Shown: positions 1-10,650 of the stretch, in pieces
Layout of the letters: each line of letters begins with the position of its first letter
Numbering within the stretch: position 1 is the stretch's first letter
Assembly: GCA_038108555.1 (NCBI GenBank)
Contig: JAYNIA010000006.1
Location: 12,874 to 76,873 of the forward strand
Reading direction: 5' to 3'
Length of the DNA: 64,000 bases
From: Nitrospinota bacterium
GTDB lineage: Bacteria > Nitrospinota > Nitrospinia > Nitrospinales > VA-1
Position numbers and translations under genes: made by a program
Notes under the pieces: generated by a model
The model's input: only the letters and a program-made list of their open reading frames with translations
Databases searched by the model: none
What the model was told of the DNA's origin: nothing

Positions 1-235
1 AATATTGTGTTAAGCGTTGGTTTCCCTTTTGAGTAAACTTTGCCTTGAAACTATCTGCGGTGTAATAAAATCCTGCATGCAGAACCCCGCTGTTCCGACC
101 ACTTGCATGGAGGCCGAACCCATCTTCCTTTTCTATTATTAAGATTCGGCTATTTGGATGTCTTTTTTTAAGTTCGCGAGCAATGCAGAAACCAATGATT
201 CCACCACCGATAACCAAAAAATCACATTTGTCCAT
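1..235 (-). CDS. lhgO: L-2-hydroxyglutarate oxidase / FAD-dependent oxidoreductase, N-terminal part (runs off window start)
   Basis: Manual translation from ATG at 235: MDKCDFLVIGGGIIGFCIARELKKRHPNSRILIIEKE...HASGRNSGVLHAGFYY; GxGxxG dinucleotide motif plus the LhgO SGRNSGVxHAGxYY signature. Not in the ORF track. Confidence 0.85.
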   Translation of the reverse strand, partial: MDKCDFLVIGGGIIGFCIARELKKRHPNSRILIIEKEDGFGLHASGRNSGVLHAGFYYTADSFKAKFTQKGNQRLTQY

Positions 236-474
236 TGTTGGATCCGGAAAAAGTTGATATTGCCTGTTAAAGCATATTTTTATTTGATTCAATAATCAAG
301 TTTCATCAGGCCGTTACTATGTCAGGAAGTTAATTTTCAGGGCCTTGAATTTTATAAAGGATTTGTACATTAAACTTCGGCCTTCATTTATTTTGACTCC
401 TGTTTTTTGCTTCAAATGCAGGTATCCGTTTGGTAATATGCAGCCCTAATTGTCACCCAATTTTGAGGCCTGTG

Positions 475-1341
475 TTGCGTAAAAAAATTATCGAGCTTAT
501 CAATACCAAGCCGGACCTTCCTCCCCTCCCGGAAATTCTTTTAGGATTCCAGAAATTAATGAACGACCCTGATTGTGAAGTGCAGGATGTTTACCATCTT
601 CTAAAGACAGATCCGGTATTTTCGGGATGAATAATCACTCTGGCAAACAGTGCGCTGTTTGGTTCGGGCAAGGATGTGACTCGAAACCTTGAAGATGCAG
701 TTGTTCGTTTGGGGATGCAACAGGTTATGGATCTTGTTTACGCATTGGAATTGCCCCGCACATTTAGAAAAAGTAAAGCCTTTGATCAGGTGGAGTTTTG
801 GAAACATTCGTTGGCAGTGGCTTTTATATCCAGATCATTGGCCAAAAAGGTTCTATCCGATTTCGAGGACTGGGAGGCAGCTTTCCTGTGCGGGCTAATG
901 CATGATGTGGGAATACTTGTGTTGGACAATGTTATACCCGAAGAATATTATAAATTTCTTACCTTAAAGGATTTAAGTTCATCTGACCAACCCCTTGAGG
1001 CTTTGGAAAAAGATCATTTTAAAATTGATCACAGCGAAGCGGGTGCAGCGTTTATGAAAAAATGGTGGGCGATTTCCGAAAAAGTGGTAACGGCAGCGGC
1101 AGCCCATCATGATCCCAGGCCTTCAAAAGATAAAGAAATGGATCTTGATCAATTGGTTGCCACGGCGAATCGAATAGCAAATCATCATGGAATAACCCAC
1201 CCAGTCATGACCGCTTTTGAAGATCCCCCCGAAGAAGGTTACCTGGATAATCTAAAAATTACTCAGGAAGATCTGGATATTGTAATCGATACGACCAAAA
1301 TGGGGTTGTTAGCAGCAGAAACAGTATTTAGAGGAAACTAG
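475..1341 (+). pseudogene. HDOD domain protein interrupted by an in-frame TGA at 628-630
   Basis: Track ORFs 430..630 and 676..1341 share a frame; reading through gives LPPLPEILL...KTDPVFSG*IITLANSALFG...AVVRLG...FWKHSLAVA...GLMHDVG, a continuous HDOD domain. Probable start TTG 475 after GAGG. Confidence 0.75.
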
Positions 1342-1370
1342 GCTGTTTGATTCGAGAACCTCAACTGGGA

Positions 1371-1568
1371 ATGAAACGGAGAATTTCAGGGTTCCATCAG
1401 GACGAAGAATCTTTCTGGGTGGCCAGGCTGGAATGCGGCCACAACCAGCATGTCAGACACAATCCCCCGCTGATTTCCCGTCCCTGGGTAAATAGTGAGG
1501 CAGGAAGGCAGGAACATATAGGCACCTATCTTAATTGTAAATTTTGTGAAACCGAATCGCGGTCCTGA
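1371..1568 (+). CDS. DUF3565 family small putative Zn-binding protein
   Basis: GFHQDEExxWVAxLECGHxQHVRHNPP...RPWV...LNCKFC pattern; ATG at 1371. Confidence 0.8.
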   Translation: MKRRISGFHQDEESFWVARLECGHNQHVRHNPPLISRPWVNSEAGRQEHIGTYLNCKFCETESRS

Positions 1569-1570
1569 GT

Positions 1571-2245
1571 TTATTCGGGGCTGAGGCTTCCATTATCCCA
1601 TTTTCCGGAATAAACATTTCCATTGGCAAGAACATAAACGCCATGACCGTGTGGTAAATCGTTCATAAACTCGCCGCGGTAACTGTCCCCATTGGCGTAG
1701 AAATAAACCCCCTGTCCATGCAGCATATCATCTAAGAAGGTTCCTTCATATTTATCACCATTGTCGTAAACCAGTTTTCCCAGTCCATTGGGTTTGCCGT
1801 TTTTGAACTCTCCGGTATAAACATAGCCTTGAGTGCAGGTAAAGATACCTCGCCCATGCATTTGTTCATTAAGCATTTGGCCTGCATATTTATCTCCATT
1901 AGGCCAGGTAAAAGTGATAAACCCGGGAACTTTTTCTTTTTCAGGGGTTGGACTGTCTTTCGGCTGGGTTTTATTTCTTTCCTGGCGGGCTTTTGTGAAT
2001 GGAGTTGATTTTTCTTTCCATTCTGAAGAACGGGTGAATTTTCTCTTTAAATGGGCTTCCGTCAGCTTTTTATACGCAACTGTGATTTCCTGAAACTTGT
2101 CATGTGCTTTTTTCTGTAACCGCTCGGATTCAATGGGAAATCGGTCGGGATGCCAGAGTTTGACTTGTTTTTTATAAGCCTTTTTTATTTCATCCAGCGA
2201 TGCGCCGGGTTTTAGCTTAAGAACAAGAAAATATTTTTCTATCAT
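1571..2245 (-). CDS. DnaJ (J) domain plus MORN-repeat protein
   Basis: N-terminal J-domain (EIKKAYKK...WHPDRF...FQEITVAY) followed by about five YxGxxxxxxxxGxG MORN repeats. Confidence 0.85.
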   Translation of the reverse strand: MIEKYFLVLKLKPGASLDEIKKAYKKQVKLWHPDRFPIESERLQKKAHDKFQEITVAYKKLTEAHLKRKFTRSSEWKEKSTPFTKARQERNKTQPKDSPTPEKEKVPGFITFTWPNGDKYAGQMLNEQMHGRGIFTCTQGYVYTGEFKNGKPNGLGKLVYDNGDKYEGTFLDDMLHGQGVYFYANGDSYRGEFMNDLPHGHGVYVLANGNVYSGKWDNGSLSPE

Positions 2246-2302
2246 GATGAGTCAGAAAAAATGGGATTTTGTTTTTATAATTTTTGAAATGAATTCAAAC
2301 CA

Positions 2303-2602
2303 TTAATGGATGAACCATTCATCTGTTCCTTCGTGTCCTTCATGATGTTTTTTGTCCATTTCCCACGCGTGCAGGACATAATCAATGCTAAAGGATTCCT
2401 GAGTTACAGGATTTCTTAAGTCAAAATAACGATAACCCCGGTAGTCAGGATAAAAATTCTCAATGCTCAAAGGTTTGCAGGTCATGCCTTTGGCCACGGC
2501 TTCCTTTTTTAATTTTTCCCAGTGATCAGAATCAGGAGTCTCCACAACTATTCCAGAACCTTCTTTTTGCAAAAACATTAAATATCTATTGCCATCGCTC
2601 AT
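2303..2602 (-). CDS. hypothetical protein
   Basis: 99-aa ORF filling the gap, co-directional with its neighbours, natural composition; His-rich C-terminus. Confidence 0.65.
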   Translation of the reverse strand: MSDGNRYLMFLQKEGSGIVVETPDSDHWEKLKKEAVAKGMTCKPLSIENFYPDYRGYRYFDLRNPVTQESFSIDYVLHAWEMDKKHHEGHEGTDEWFIH

Positions 2603-2705
2603 AATTGTCTCAATACTACTAATTCCTATTGCCTTTTAATGCCATTCAGTATTTTAGAATGATATTTTCTTTGTAAAACCTATTCAAGGTTAAAAATAAT
2701 TTGAT

Positions 2706-3581
2706 CTATTTGGAATTGATGCAATCCTTTAGGGCTGCTTCCCAGGAAGGCATTTCAACGGAAAAAACCTTTTTAACTTTTTCGTTGCTCAGTCGGGAAT
2801 AGGAAGGCCGGGTCGCGGGAGTGGGGTATTCGGAAGTAGGTATCGGGATCAACTGAATGTTTTTCGTTGTTTCTGATGAATTAAAAATTTGTCTTGCGAA
2901 TCCATACCAACTGGTTTCCCCCTGACAGGTCAAATGATATATTCCAGACAGTTCAGAATTTTTGGATTCCAGCCAGTTTTCCTTTAAACATTGTTGAATT
3001 ATTTTTTTAGTTTGTTGGGCTACGGAACGGGACCATGTGGGAGCTCCTATCTGGTCGTCAACGATTCGAAGTGTATCTCTTTCCGCCAGCCTTAGCATGG
3101 ATAGTAAAAAATTTTTCCCCTGAAGGCTGTAAATCCAACTGGTTCTTAAAATTAAAAAAGGAATACCGGCTTCAGTAATGGCTTTTTCCCCCGCCAGTTT
3201 TGTTTTTCCATAAACGCTTAAGGGATTGGTAGGGTCTTCTTCCCTGTACGGAGTTTTGGAATGCCCATCAAAGACATAGTCTGTGGAGTAATGGATCAAT
3301 CCCGCGCCAACTTTTTTTGCTGCGTTTGCCATCAGCCCTGGGGTCTTTCCATTAATCATCATCGCCAGGTCAGGTTCCTCTTCTGCTTTATCAACTGCAG
3401 TGTAGGCCGCAGTGTTGATAATCAGATTGGGTTTTATTTCAAGGATTTTGGATTCAATTGATTCGGGATTGGAAAGGTCCAGTTCATTGCGGTCTACCGT
3501 GACAAGAGTTCCTAAATCGCTAACAAGATTTTTTAATTCCCCGCCAATCTGTCCGGTTTTTCCTGTGAGAAGAATTTTCAT
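2706..3581 (-). CDS. rfbD: dTDP-4-dehydrorhamnose reductase
   Basis: GKTGQIG, AAYTAVDKAE, STDYVFDG, YGKTK, VDDQIGAPT, PTPATRPSYS motifs. Confidence 0.95.
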   Translation of the reverse strand: MKILLTGKTGQIGGELKNLVSDLGTLVTVDRNELDLSNPESIESKILEIKPNLIINTAAYTAVDKAEEEPDLAMMINGKTPGLMANAAKKVGAGLIHYSTDYVFDGHSKTPYREEDPTNPLSVYGKTKLAGEKAITEAGIPFLILRTSWIYSLQGKNFLLSMLRLAERDTLRIVDDQIGAPTWSRSVAQQTKKIIQQCLKENWLESKNSELSGIYHLTCQGETSWYGFARQIFNSSETTKNIQLIPIPTSEYPTPATRPSYSRLSNEKVKKVFSVEMPSWEAALKDCINSK

Positions 3582-3628
3582 AAAGAAGGGTGGAATTCGG
3601 CTTTGCTGTTTGGGGTGAAAATTTTTGA

Positions 3629-4504
3629 TTACGACTTCGAAATCATTCGAGTTAAATATTGACCGTACTCGTTTTTCTTCAGGGTGTGGGCGAGTTTGGC
3701 AACATCATCTGTGGAAATCCATCCTTTGCTGAAGGCGATTTCTTCAGGACAACAAACCATAAGTCCCTGACGTTTTTGTATGGTTTCAATAAAGTTGGAT
3801 GCATCCAGCAATGAGTTGTGTGACCCGGTATCCAACCAGGCAAAGCCTCGACTCATTCTTTCAACGGACAATTGGCTTTGCTGCAAATAGACACGATTTA
3901 CATCGGTGATCTCCAGTTCACCTCGGGCTGAGGGTTTGATAGAGCCGGCGATATCAACCACCTGGTTGTCGTAAAAATATAAACCTGTAATTGCGTAATG
4001 TGATTTGGGTTGGGTGGGTTTTTCTTCGACGCCTATCACCCTGCCGTTATCATCAAATTCAGCAACACCGTAGTTTTCAGGATCTTTTACCCAATAACCA
4101 AAAACGGTCGCTCCTTTTTCCCGCTTTTGAGCCGTTTCCATTAAGTCAGGAAGTTCTGTTCCATAAAAAACATTATCCCCTAGAATAAGACTGCAGCTTT
4201 CATTCCCGATAAAATCTTTGCCAATGAGGAAGGCTTGCGCTAATCCATCGGGACTGGGTTGAATGCCATAGGAAATATTGACTCCCCATTGTTTCCCATC
4301 TTTAAGTAACTCTTGAAACAAGGGTTGGTCTTGAGGAGTTGTGATAACAAAAATATCACGAATGCCCGCCAGCAATAGGGTGCTAAGAGGGTAGTAAATC
4401 ATGGGCTTGTCATAAAGCGGCATCAATTGTTTACTGACCACCTGGGTCAGAGGATAAAGTCGGGTTCCTGAACCTCCCGCCAGTATAATTCCTTTATTGA
4501 TCAT
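3629..4504 (-). CDS. rfbA: glucose-1-phosphate thymidylyltransferase
   Basis: [46 protein letters not shown]. Confidence 0.97.
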   Translation of the reverse strand: MINKGIILAGGSGTRLYPLTQVVSKQLMPLYDKPMIYYPLSTLLLAGIRDIFVITTPQDQPLFQELLKDGKQWGVNISYGIQPSPDGLAQAFLIGKDFIGNESCSLILGDNVFYGTELPDLMETAQKREKGATVFGYWVKDPENYGVAEFDDNGRVIGVEEKPTQPKSHYAITGLYFYDNQVVDIAGSIKPSARGELEITDVNRVYLQQSQLSVERMSRGFAWLDTGSHNSLLDASNFIETIQKRQGLMVCCPEEIAFSKGWISTDDVAKLAHTLKKNEYGQYLTRMISKS

Positions 4505-4516
4505 ATTGAGTGTTCC

Positions 4517-5578
4517 CTAAATTTTTTCAAGTCCGAGTCGTTCGCCCCTATAGGCTCCGGACATGACCCGGCTAACCCAGTCCTCATTTTCCAGATACCA
4601 TTGCACCGTTTTACGGATTCCTGTTTCAAATGATTCCTGCGGTTTCCAGCCCAACTGGTTTTGGATTTTGCTTGCATCAATGGCATAGCGCCTGTCATGA
4701 CCCGGTCGGTCGGTTACATATTTGACCAGGCTGTTGTGGGGAAGATGTTTGGAATCGGGGACCAATTCATCCAGAATTTTGCAAAGAGTCTGGACAACTT
4801 CTAAGTTGGTTTTTTCATTATGTCCTCCAATATTATAAACCTCTCCTGCTTTTCCATTTTCCAGGACCTGCAAAATGGCTTTGCAATGGTCTTCAACGAA
4901 CAACCAGTCGCGCACCTGTTTGCCGTCTCCATATACAGGAAGAGGATCGCCTTTAAGCGCATTGTGAATCATTAAAGGAATTAATTTTTCAGGAAACTGG
5001 TACGGTCCATAATTATTTGAACAATTCGTGGTCAGCACAGGCAAACCAAAAGTTTTAAAATAGGATCGTACCAAATGGTCGGAGGAAGCTTTAGAGGCCG
5101 CATAGGGTGAATTTGGGGCATAGGGAGTTTCTTCCGTGAACAGTCCGGTTTCTCCCAGTGAACCATAAACTTCATCAGTGGATACATGGAGGAAACGAAA
5201 TTTTTCCTTTTGGTCAGGATTTTTTGAAGCCAAATATTTTTTTGCGGTTTCCAGTAATTCAAACGTTCCGATTACATTGGTCTGGATAAAATCTCCTGGA
5301 GCGTCTATAGATCGGTCCACATGTGATTCCGCCGCAAAATGAACAACGCAATCGATTTCATTGGATTCAAAAATTTGGTTGAGATTGTCCCGGTCGCAAG
5401 TGTCTCCCTGTATAAACGTGTAATTGGGATCATTTTCGACAGACACCAATGTGTCTAAATTCCCTGCATAGGTGAGTTTGTCGTAGTTTATGACCTTGGC
5501 CTGGCCCGACTTCATCAGGTTTAAAATAAAATTGCCCCCTATGAAACCGGCACCGCCTGTAATAAAAAAATTTTTCAT
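4517..5578 (-). CDS. rfbB: dTDP-glucose 4,6-dehydratase
   Basis: TGGAGFIG, AAESHVDRSI, STDEVYG, YAASK, DRPGHDRRY; start taken at MKNFFITGG (5578). Confidence 0.97.
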   Translation of the reverse strand: MKNFFITGGAGFIGGNFILNLMKSGQAKVINYDKLTYAGNLDTLVSVENDPNYTFIQGDTCDRDNLNQIFESNEIDCVVHFAAESHVDRSIDAPGDFIQTNVIGTFELLETAKKYLASKNPDQKEKFRFLHVSTDEVYGSLGETGLFTEETPYAPNSPYAASKASSDHLVRSYFKTFGLPVLTTNCSNNYGPYQFPEKLIPLMIHNALKGDPLPVYGDGKQVRDWLFVEDHCKAILQVLENGKAGEVYNIGGHNEKTNLEVVQTLCKILDELVPDSKHLPHNSLVKYVTDRPGHDRRYAIDASKIQNQLGWKPQESFETGIRKTVQWYLENEDWVSRVMSGAYRGERLGLEKI

Positions 5579-5722
5579 TTCTGTAAAGTTCGGTGTTAAA
5601 ACAAGAAGTGCAGGGAATGCCATCTTTTCGGAAGTATAAGCGTTTGAATCTGTATTTTCAAGATAATGCACCTCCCCTGTTTTACCGATATATCGACATA
5701 ATTCATCTCAATCTCAAATTAA

Positions 5723-6703
5723 ATGCCCTCTTCAATATCTATAGCGGTAATAGTTGTTAACTGGAATGCTGGCGATTACCTGAAAAAATGCTTGCAAAGC
5801 CTGAAAACGCAAACGCTAAAGCCCACCCGGGTAATCGTGGTAGATAATGCAAGCACGGATGAATCAATTGTTGGACTGGAAGATGAGTTTGATGATTTTG
5901 AAATAATAAAACTGGAGGAAAATACCGGTTTTGCTTTTGCCAATAACTTTGCAGTTAAAAAAGCTGAAGATTGTGAATGGATTGCCTTTTTGAATCCAGA
6001 TGCATTTGCGGCTCCTGACTGGTTGGGAAAATTAGCCGAGGCGACCGAGAAGTTTCCGGCGTGTGGTTCCTTTGGCAGTCACATGCTTCGTCATGGAAGT
6101 AATAAGATGGATGGGACCGGTGATGTCTATCATGTTTGTGGATCGGCATGGAGACGCGACCACGATATCCTGGCTTCAAGGGTAAATAGAGAAACCGGTG
6201 AAATTTTTTCTACCTGCGCCGCAGCCTCACTGATTCGAAAAGATCTTTTTGTTGAATTGGGAGGATTCGATGAAAACTTCTTTGCCTATTTTGAAGATGT
6301 GGATTTAGGATTCCGGCTCCAGTTAAAGGGGTATGGGAGTATTTATGTTTCTGATGCAGTGGTGGAACATGTAGGTTCCGCGACTACCAGCAGGTACAGT
6401 GACTTCGCTATATATCACGGTCAGAGAAATTTAGTTTGGTCGTTTGTGCGTAATATGCCCAAGATAGGGTCTTACCTTCCCCAGCATATTCTATTTAATC
6501 TTGCAGCAATCGTTTGGTTTACCCTGAAGGGCAAACCTGGCCCGGTGTTAAAAGCCAAGTGGCATGCAATAAAAGATTTGCCGCGCGTGTGTAAACTGCG
6601 AAAAAGCACACAACGAGAACGGGTTTTGCAAGGCTCGGAAATTTTAAATAAAATGAATCAGGATTTTTTAACGCCTTATTCTCCGCGAAAAAAAGAACTG
6701 TAA
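5723..6703 (+). CDS. GT2 family glycosyltransferase (rhamnosyltransferase-like)
   Basis: VVNWN, VVDNAS, NTGFAFANN, LNPD, GGFDENFFAYFEDVDL. Confidence 0.9.
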   Translation: MPSSISIAVIVVNWNAGDYLKKCLQSLKTQTLKPTRVIVVDNASTDESIVGLEDEFDDFEIIKLEENTGFAFANNFAVKKAEDCEWIAFLNPDAFAAPDWLGKLAEATEKFPACGSFGSHMLRHGSNKMDGTGDVYHVCGSAWRRDHDILASRVNRETGEIFSTCAAASLIRKDLFVELGGFDENFFAYFEDVDLGFRLQLKGYGSIYVSDAVVEHVGSATTSRYSDFAIYHGQRNLVWSFVRNMPKIGSYLPQHILFNLAAIVWFTLKGKPGPVLKAKWHAIKDLPRVCKLRKSTQRERVLQGSEILNKMNQDFLTPYSPRKKEL

Positions 6704-6705
6704 TT

Positions 6706-8754
6706 TCAGGAAGAAATTTGAGATAGCAAATTATTGATTTGCATTTTTAATGCAGGGTTTTGCGTCAGGGAATAAGCCTGATTCAAATGAGACCTTGCGA
6801 TTTCCATGTTCCCATTCGAGTCAATGATCAACTTCCCCAGATTGTAATGGGAATCGGGAAGCTTCGGATTCAGCTTTAAAGAACGTTCAAATTCTGAAAA
6901 TGCAGGTTCTGGTTGACCCATGCTCAAGTAAAGGATCCCAAGGTTGTTGGACGCTTTTGCTTCAATTTCCGGAGTACCTTTAATATTTTTGAAGGCTTCT
7001 ATGGCAGACTGATATTTCCCCATTTGCTGGAAAATTTTTCCCAGGAGTAACAACCCATTTGCAGATCCTGGGTTTGCAGCAAGAAATTGATTCAAAAATT
7101 TTTCTGCCTCAGAAAAATGTTTTAATTCATAATTCACCTTGGCTAGGCTGAAATTCAAGCTAACGGGCATGGCATAACCCCAACGAAACTCCGTGTACCG
7201 GTCATAAGCCTTTTCCAATGTGGTTTTAGCTTTTTGAAACCATCCTCTTGAAGCGTAATAAGTCCCCAAATTGAGATAGCCCAGTGGAACGGTGGAATTC
7301 AGCTCAATGGCTTTATTAAATTCTTTTTCAGCCAGTCTGAAGTTTTTGTTTTGAGCATGAATGCTTCCCAAGTTGCTATGAGCAAAAGATTTGTAAAAAT
7401 CGGATGCGTTTGACCGCGAAAGTTTCACCAGGGTGATGAGGGCTTTATCGTGTTCTTTGCTTTCCAGGTAAAAGTGGCTCAAGTTGTGTAAAACTTTTAA
7501 ATCGGAGGGGGATTTTTTCAGTGTGTCTTCCCAAAGGGAAATATTTGATAGGTAGGTCGAGTTTCTTTTAATAATCAGCGAACCCTGAAGGGTCAGGAGC
7601 AATATGAGCAGGACAAATCCTTGCTTGATTTGGGTAGATGGTTTCCCAATTACAAAAATACTGTAAAAGGCAGATGAAACCAATAACGTTGGGCCAATGC
7701 CCGGGAGATAAAGATTCCTTTCGCTTAGCAAATCGGCCCTGGGTAAAAAACTGTTGGTAATTGAAATTGTCAAAATAAACCAGAGAAGCGAGAAGGGGAC
7801 GACAGCAGGCAGTTTTTTGAAATTTTTAATGATAATCACAACTAATGATAGCCAAATCAGAACCGGAAGCCATTGAAAAAGGCCATTGATGAACCAGTTC
7901 TCGGTGAAGTCATAATCAAAAATTAGATTGATTGGAAAAAAACAAAGTTTAAATGCGTAGCTTATGATTTGAGCCTGGGAAAGGGCGTAGCTGAAGTCCA
8001 GTTTCGCGGCCCATTTTAGTATCAATTGTTGCAGGGGAGGCTGATAGAAAAATAATGCGATCAGGGAAAAGGCAATAGGAAGGTATAGAAAGGCCAGCCG
8101 GTTTTTAAGGGGAGCCCAGCGGTCATTGTTCATAAAGCATAGATCATACAAAATTATAATTGCGGGCAGGGTTATGCTGGTTTCTTTGCAAAGGAGGGCT
8201 GTACAAAAAGCCGCAAGAACCAAAAAGTAAAAAAAGAGAGCTTTGCCTGAAAATTTTTTCAGGCTTCCTACCGCAAAAACAAGGATGGACAGTAAATAAA
8301 AAAAACCAGACATACCGCTGGCCCGACCGGATAAATAAGTGACGGTTTCGGTGTTGAGCGGATTAATTGCAAATATTATGGCGGTCAGTCCGGCAATACC
8401 AAATGCATCTTTTCCTTTCCACGGGGTCCCATTATCCAGAGTGATAAATAAAAGAAAAAATAATGTCAGAGAGGTTAGGAAATGGAAAGTAATGTTGACT
8501 AAATGATATGCGAAAGGGTCGAGTCCGCTTTGGTTTTGGTTGATGCTAAAGCTTAGGAAAAAAAGGTGCCGGTATTGAATGGGAGAAAAACCCTCGTAAG
8601 AACCCTCTCCAGAACGATTTATCTGTTGTAAAACCGCATGGTCATCAAAGTTAAGAGGAGAGTTCAGCGTGTTCGCATAAGTGACAAGGATCAAAACCAA
8701 CAGGCTGGCGCTCAGGTAAAAAAAAGATGTTTTCGATTTTACAGGCTCAGCCAT
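6706..8754 (-). CDS. TMTC-like GT-C membrane glycosyltransferase with C-terminal TPRs
   Basis: First TM followed by NSPLNFDD; YHLVN; NPLNTETVTYLSGR; KE; ERNLYLP; W-x-D then TPR repeats (SNLG, LNLG, NNLG, YNLG). Confidence 0.8.
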   Translation of the reverse strand: MAEPVKSKTSFFYLSASLLVLILVTYANTLNSPLNFDDHAVLQQINRSGEGSYEGFSPIQYRHLFFLSFSINQNQSGLDPFAYHLVNITFHFLTSLTLFFLLFITLDNGTPWKGKDAFGIAGLTAIIFAINPLNTETVTYLSGRASGMSGFFYLLSILVFAVGSLKKFSGKALFFYFLVLAAFCTALLCKETSITLPAIIILYDLCFMNNDRWAPLKNRLAFLYLPIAFSLIALFFYQPPLQQLILKWAAKLDFSYALSQAQIISYAFKLCFFPINLIFDYDFTENWFINGLFQWLPVLIWLSLVVIIIKNFKKLPAVVPFSLLWFILTISITNSFLPRADLLSERNLYLPGIGPTLLVSSAFYSIFVIGKPSTQIKQGFVLLILLLTLQGSLIIKRNSTYLSNISLWEDTLKKSPSDLKVLHNLSHFYLESKEHDKALITLVKLSRSNASDFYKSFAHSNLGSIHAQNKNFRLAEKEFNKAIELNSTVPLGYLNLGTYYASRGWFQKAKTTLEKAYDRYTEFRWGYAMPVSLNFSLAKVNYELKHFSEAEKFLNQFLAANPGSANGLLLLGKIFQQMGKYQSAIEAFKNIKGTPEIEAKASNNLGILYLSMGQPEPAFSEFERSLKLNPKLPDSHYNLGKLIIDSNGNMEIARSHLNQAYSLTQNPALKMQINNLLSQISS

Positions 8755-9802
8755 GTGGATGATTTTTCTCTTTTCGTTTTAATATTGCTACAAAAGCCGC
8801 AACATTGATGACCATAAACACAAAATAAATTGGAATTAAGTTTGGTATCAGGTTGATGTTGTAAACCGTGGTCAATGCTGTCAGGTCAAAATAAAATCCT
8901 ATTACAAATAGGATAGTTATTGCCTTAACGGGTGAAAGGCCAAGTTTCCCAAGGCGGTGGTGAAAATGCTCTGCATCTTTTAGGAAGGGACTGGTACCTT
9001 TAAAGATTCTCCGAAAAAATGCAAAAGTGGTGTCCAGGATAGGAATCAACAGGGTAATCATCGGGATGAGGTAGTAAATTTCATCGGTGTAGCCCTGGTT
9101 CAGAGGGAGCAGGGTAATTACGGAAATTAAAAGTCCCAAAGGCAGACTTCCTGTGTCTCCCAGGATTATTTTGGCCGGTGGGAAATTAAAGATGAAAAAT
9201 CCTAATACACTTCCTGCCAGGATTACTGCCAGAAACGAAGCACCTATGATTTGCCGTTCCAGATAAACGAAGACCAGGGTGAGGCAGGAAAAAAATATAA
9301 TCCCCGGTGCCAACCCATCCATTCCATCAATCAGGTTTATAGCGTTTGTAATACCCACGATCCATAAAATGGTCAGTAAAATGGAAAAATTCCCGAGTTC
9401 AACCAAGTCTCCGATTCGCTCAATCTGGAATCCGCATTTATATAGAATACAGGCAATGATAATTTGCACGGCTAGTTTCAGTCTTGCGGTACATTGGGTG
9501 ATGTCGTCGTAAATACCAAGAATCATCATGGTGCCCGTGCTTACGGTGACAACGGTCAGTAAATATAGGTGTTCAATCATTCCCATAATTTGGAAGAACC
9601 AGAGGGTTGTCAGGAAAGACAGGACCACCGGCACTCCGCCAAAAGATTTTTTTGGGTTTTCTGTGTGGGCGTCGGCGGGATTTAGGGTGAAATCAAAAGG
9701 GGCCTTTATAATTAACCACGTGACAGCTATGGATAATATCAGGGCGATAAAATACCCAATGAGGTAAACCTCGCCAGAAATGGGGAAAGATTCAAATTTC
9801 AT
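8747..9802 (-). CDS. MraY/WecA family polyprenyl-phosphate HexNAc-1-phosphate transferase
   Basis: GIYDD, NAINLIDGMDGL, FNFPPAKIILGDTGS, DAEHFHH; multi-pass membrane protein. Confidence 0.9.
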   Translation of the reverse strand: MKFESFPISGEVYLIGYFIALILSIAVTWLIIKAPFDFTLNPADAHTENPKKSFGGVPVVLSFLTTLWFFQIMGMIEHLYLLTVVTVSTGTMMILGIYDDITQCTARLKLAVQIIIACILYKCGFQIERIGDLVELGNFSILLTILWIVGITNAINLIDGMDGLAPGIIFFSCLTLVFVYLERQIIGASFLAVILAGSVLGFFIFNFPPAKIILGDTGSLPLGLLISVITLLPLNQGYTDEIYYLIPMITLLIPILDTTFAFFRRIFKGTSPFLKDAEHFHHRLGKLGLSPVKAITILFVIGFYFDLTALTTVYNINLIPNLIPIYFVFMVINVAAFVAILKRKEKNHPHG

Positions 9803-10650
9803 TTAAAATGGTTGATGGAGAGTTGCGTGATTCCTCTTAAAAGGATGAAAAAATTGATGGCTCCTCGAACCAAAAAGTTTTGCCTGTGGTGTTTTTTGAA
9901 ATAGTGCATCATTCCCAAATGGCGCTGGACGATCACCCGGATAGAGGTTTTGCTGTTGCTGGTAGATATTTTATGAACAACCGTTGCATCGGGAAAATAG
10001 AGCACTTCCCTTCCCGCTTGATTTATCATGCGGCATAAATCTACATCTTCATTGAATAGAAAATAGTTTTCATCAAATCCGCCCACTGCTTCAAAGGCTT
10101 TTTTCGAAACCATTAGGCAGCAACCTGAGAGCCAGTCGACTTGTCGAATTTTATTATGATCGAAATCAAACATCAAATATTGGCTCGTGAACCTGTTATT
10201 CGGAAACAAGCGGGAAAGGATGGAATATCGATTGAAAAGGCCGGTCCAAATAGTGGGGTATCGTCTACAGGAATATTGCAAACTTCCATCTGGGTTGACC
10301 ACCTTAGGGCCCAGGGCTCCAATTTCAGGGTGAGATTGGACGTGGCGGCACATTGAGGCCAGCGCATCTTCGCTTAATACAGTATCTGGATTTAAAAAAA
10401 CTAAAATATCTCCTTGGGCAATTTTGGCTACCTGATTATTGGCTTTGGAAAAACCTACATTTGAGGAGTTGGAGATAAACTGAGTTTCCGGAAAGGAGGT
10501 CTTTAGGCCCTCAAGTCCAGGATCATTCTCACTATTATCAACAACAATTACCTCAAAAGTTATTCCGCGAACCGTTTTGTAAATGGATTCCAGGCAATCA
10601 TTTAAGGGTTCGCTATTATTATAATTTACAATTATGCAGGAAAGGTCCAC
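9799..10650 (-). CDS. GT2 family glycosyltransferase (WbbL-like)
   Basis: IVNYN, VVDNS, NVGFSKANN, LNPD, VDWLSGCC, GFDENYFLFNEDVDLC; GTG start. Confidence 0.9.
   Translation of the reverse strand: MDLSCIIVNYNNSEPLNDCLESIYKTVRGITFEVIVVDNSENDPGLEGLKTSFPETQFISNSSNVGFSKANNQVAKIAQGDILVFLNPDTVLSEDALASMCRHVQSHPEIGALGPKVVNPDGSLQYSCRRYPTIWTGLFNRYSILSRLFPNNRFTSQYLMFDFDHNKIRQVDWLSGCCLMVSKKAFEAVGGFDENYFLFNEDVDLCRMINQAGREVLYFPDATVVHKISTSNSKTSIRVIVQRHLGMMHYFKKHHRQNFLVRGAINFFILLRGITQLSINHFK

Noticed and set aside
628..630. Genome-wide TGA reassignment (code 4 or 25)
   Set aside because: TGA ends several clear genes (1568, 19841, 39250, 50831, 55314), Trp is encoded by TGG, and only one in-frame TGA was found.
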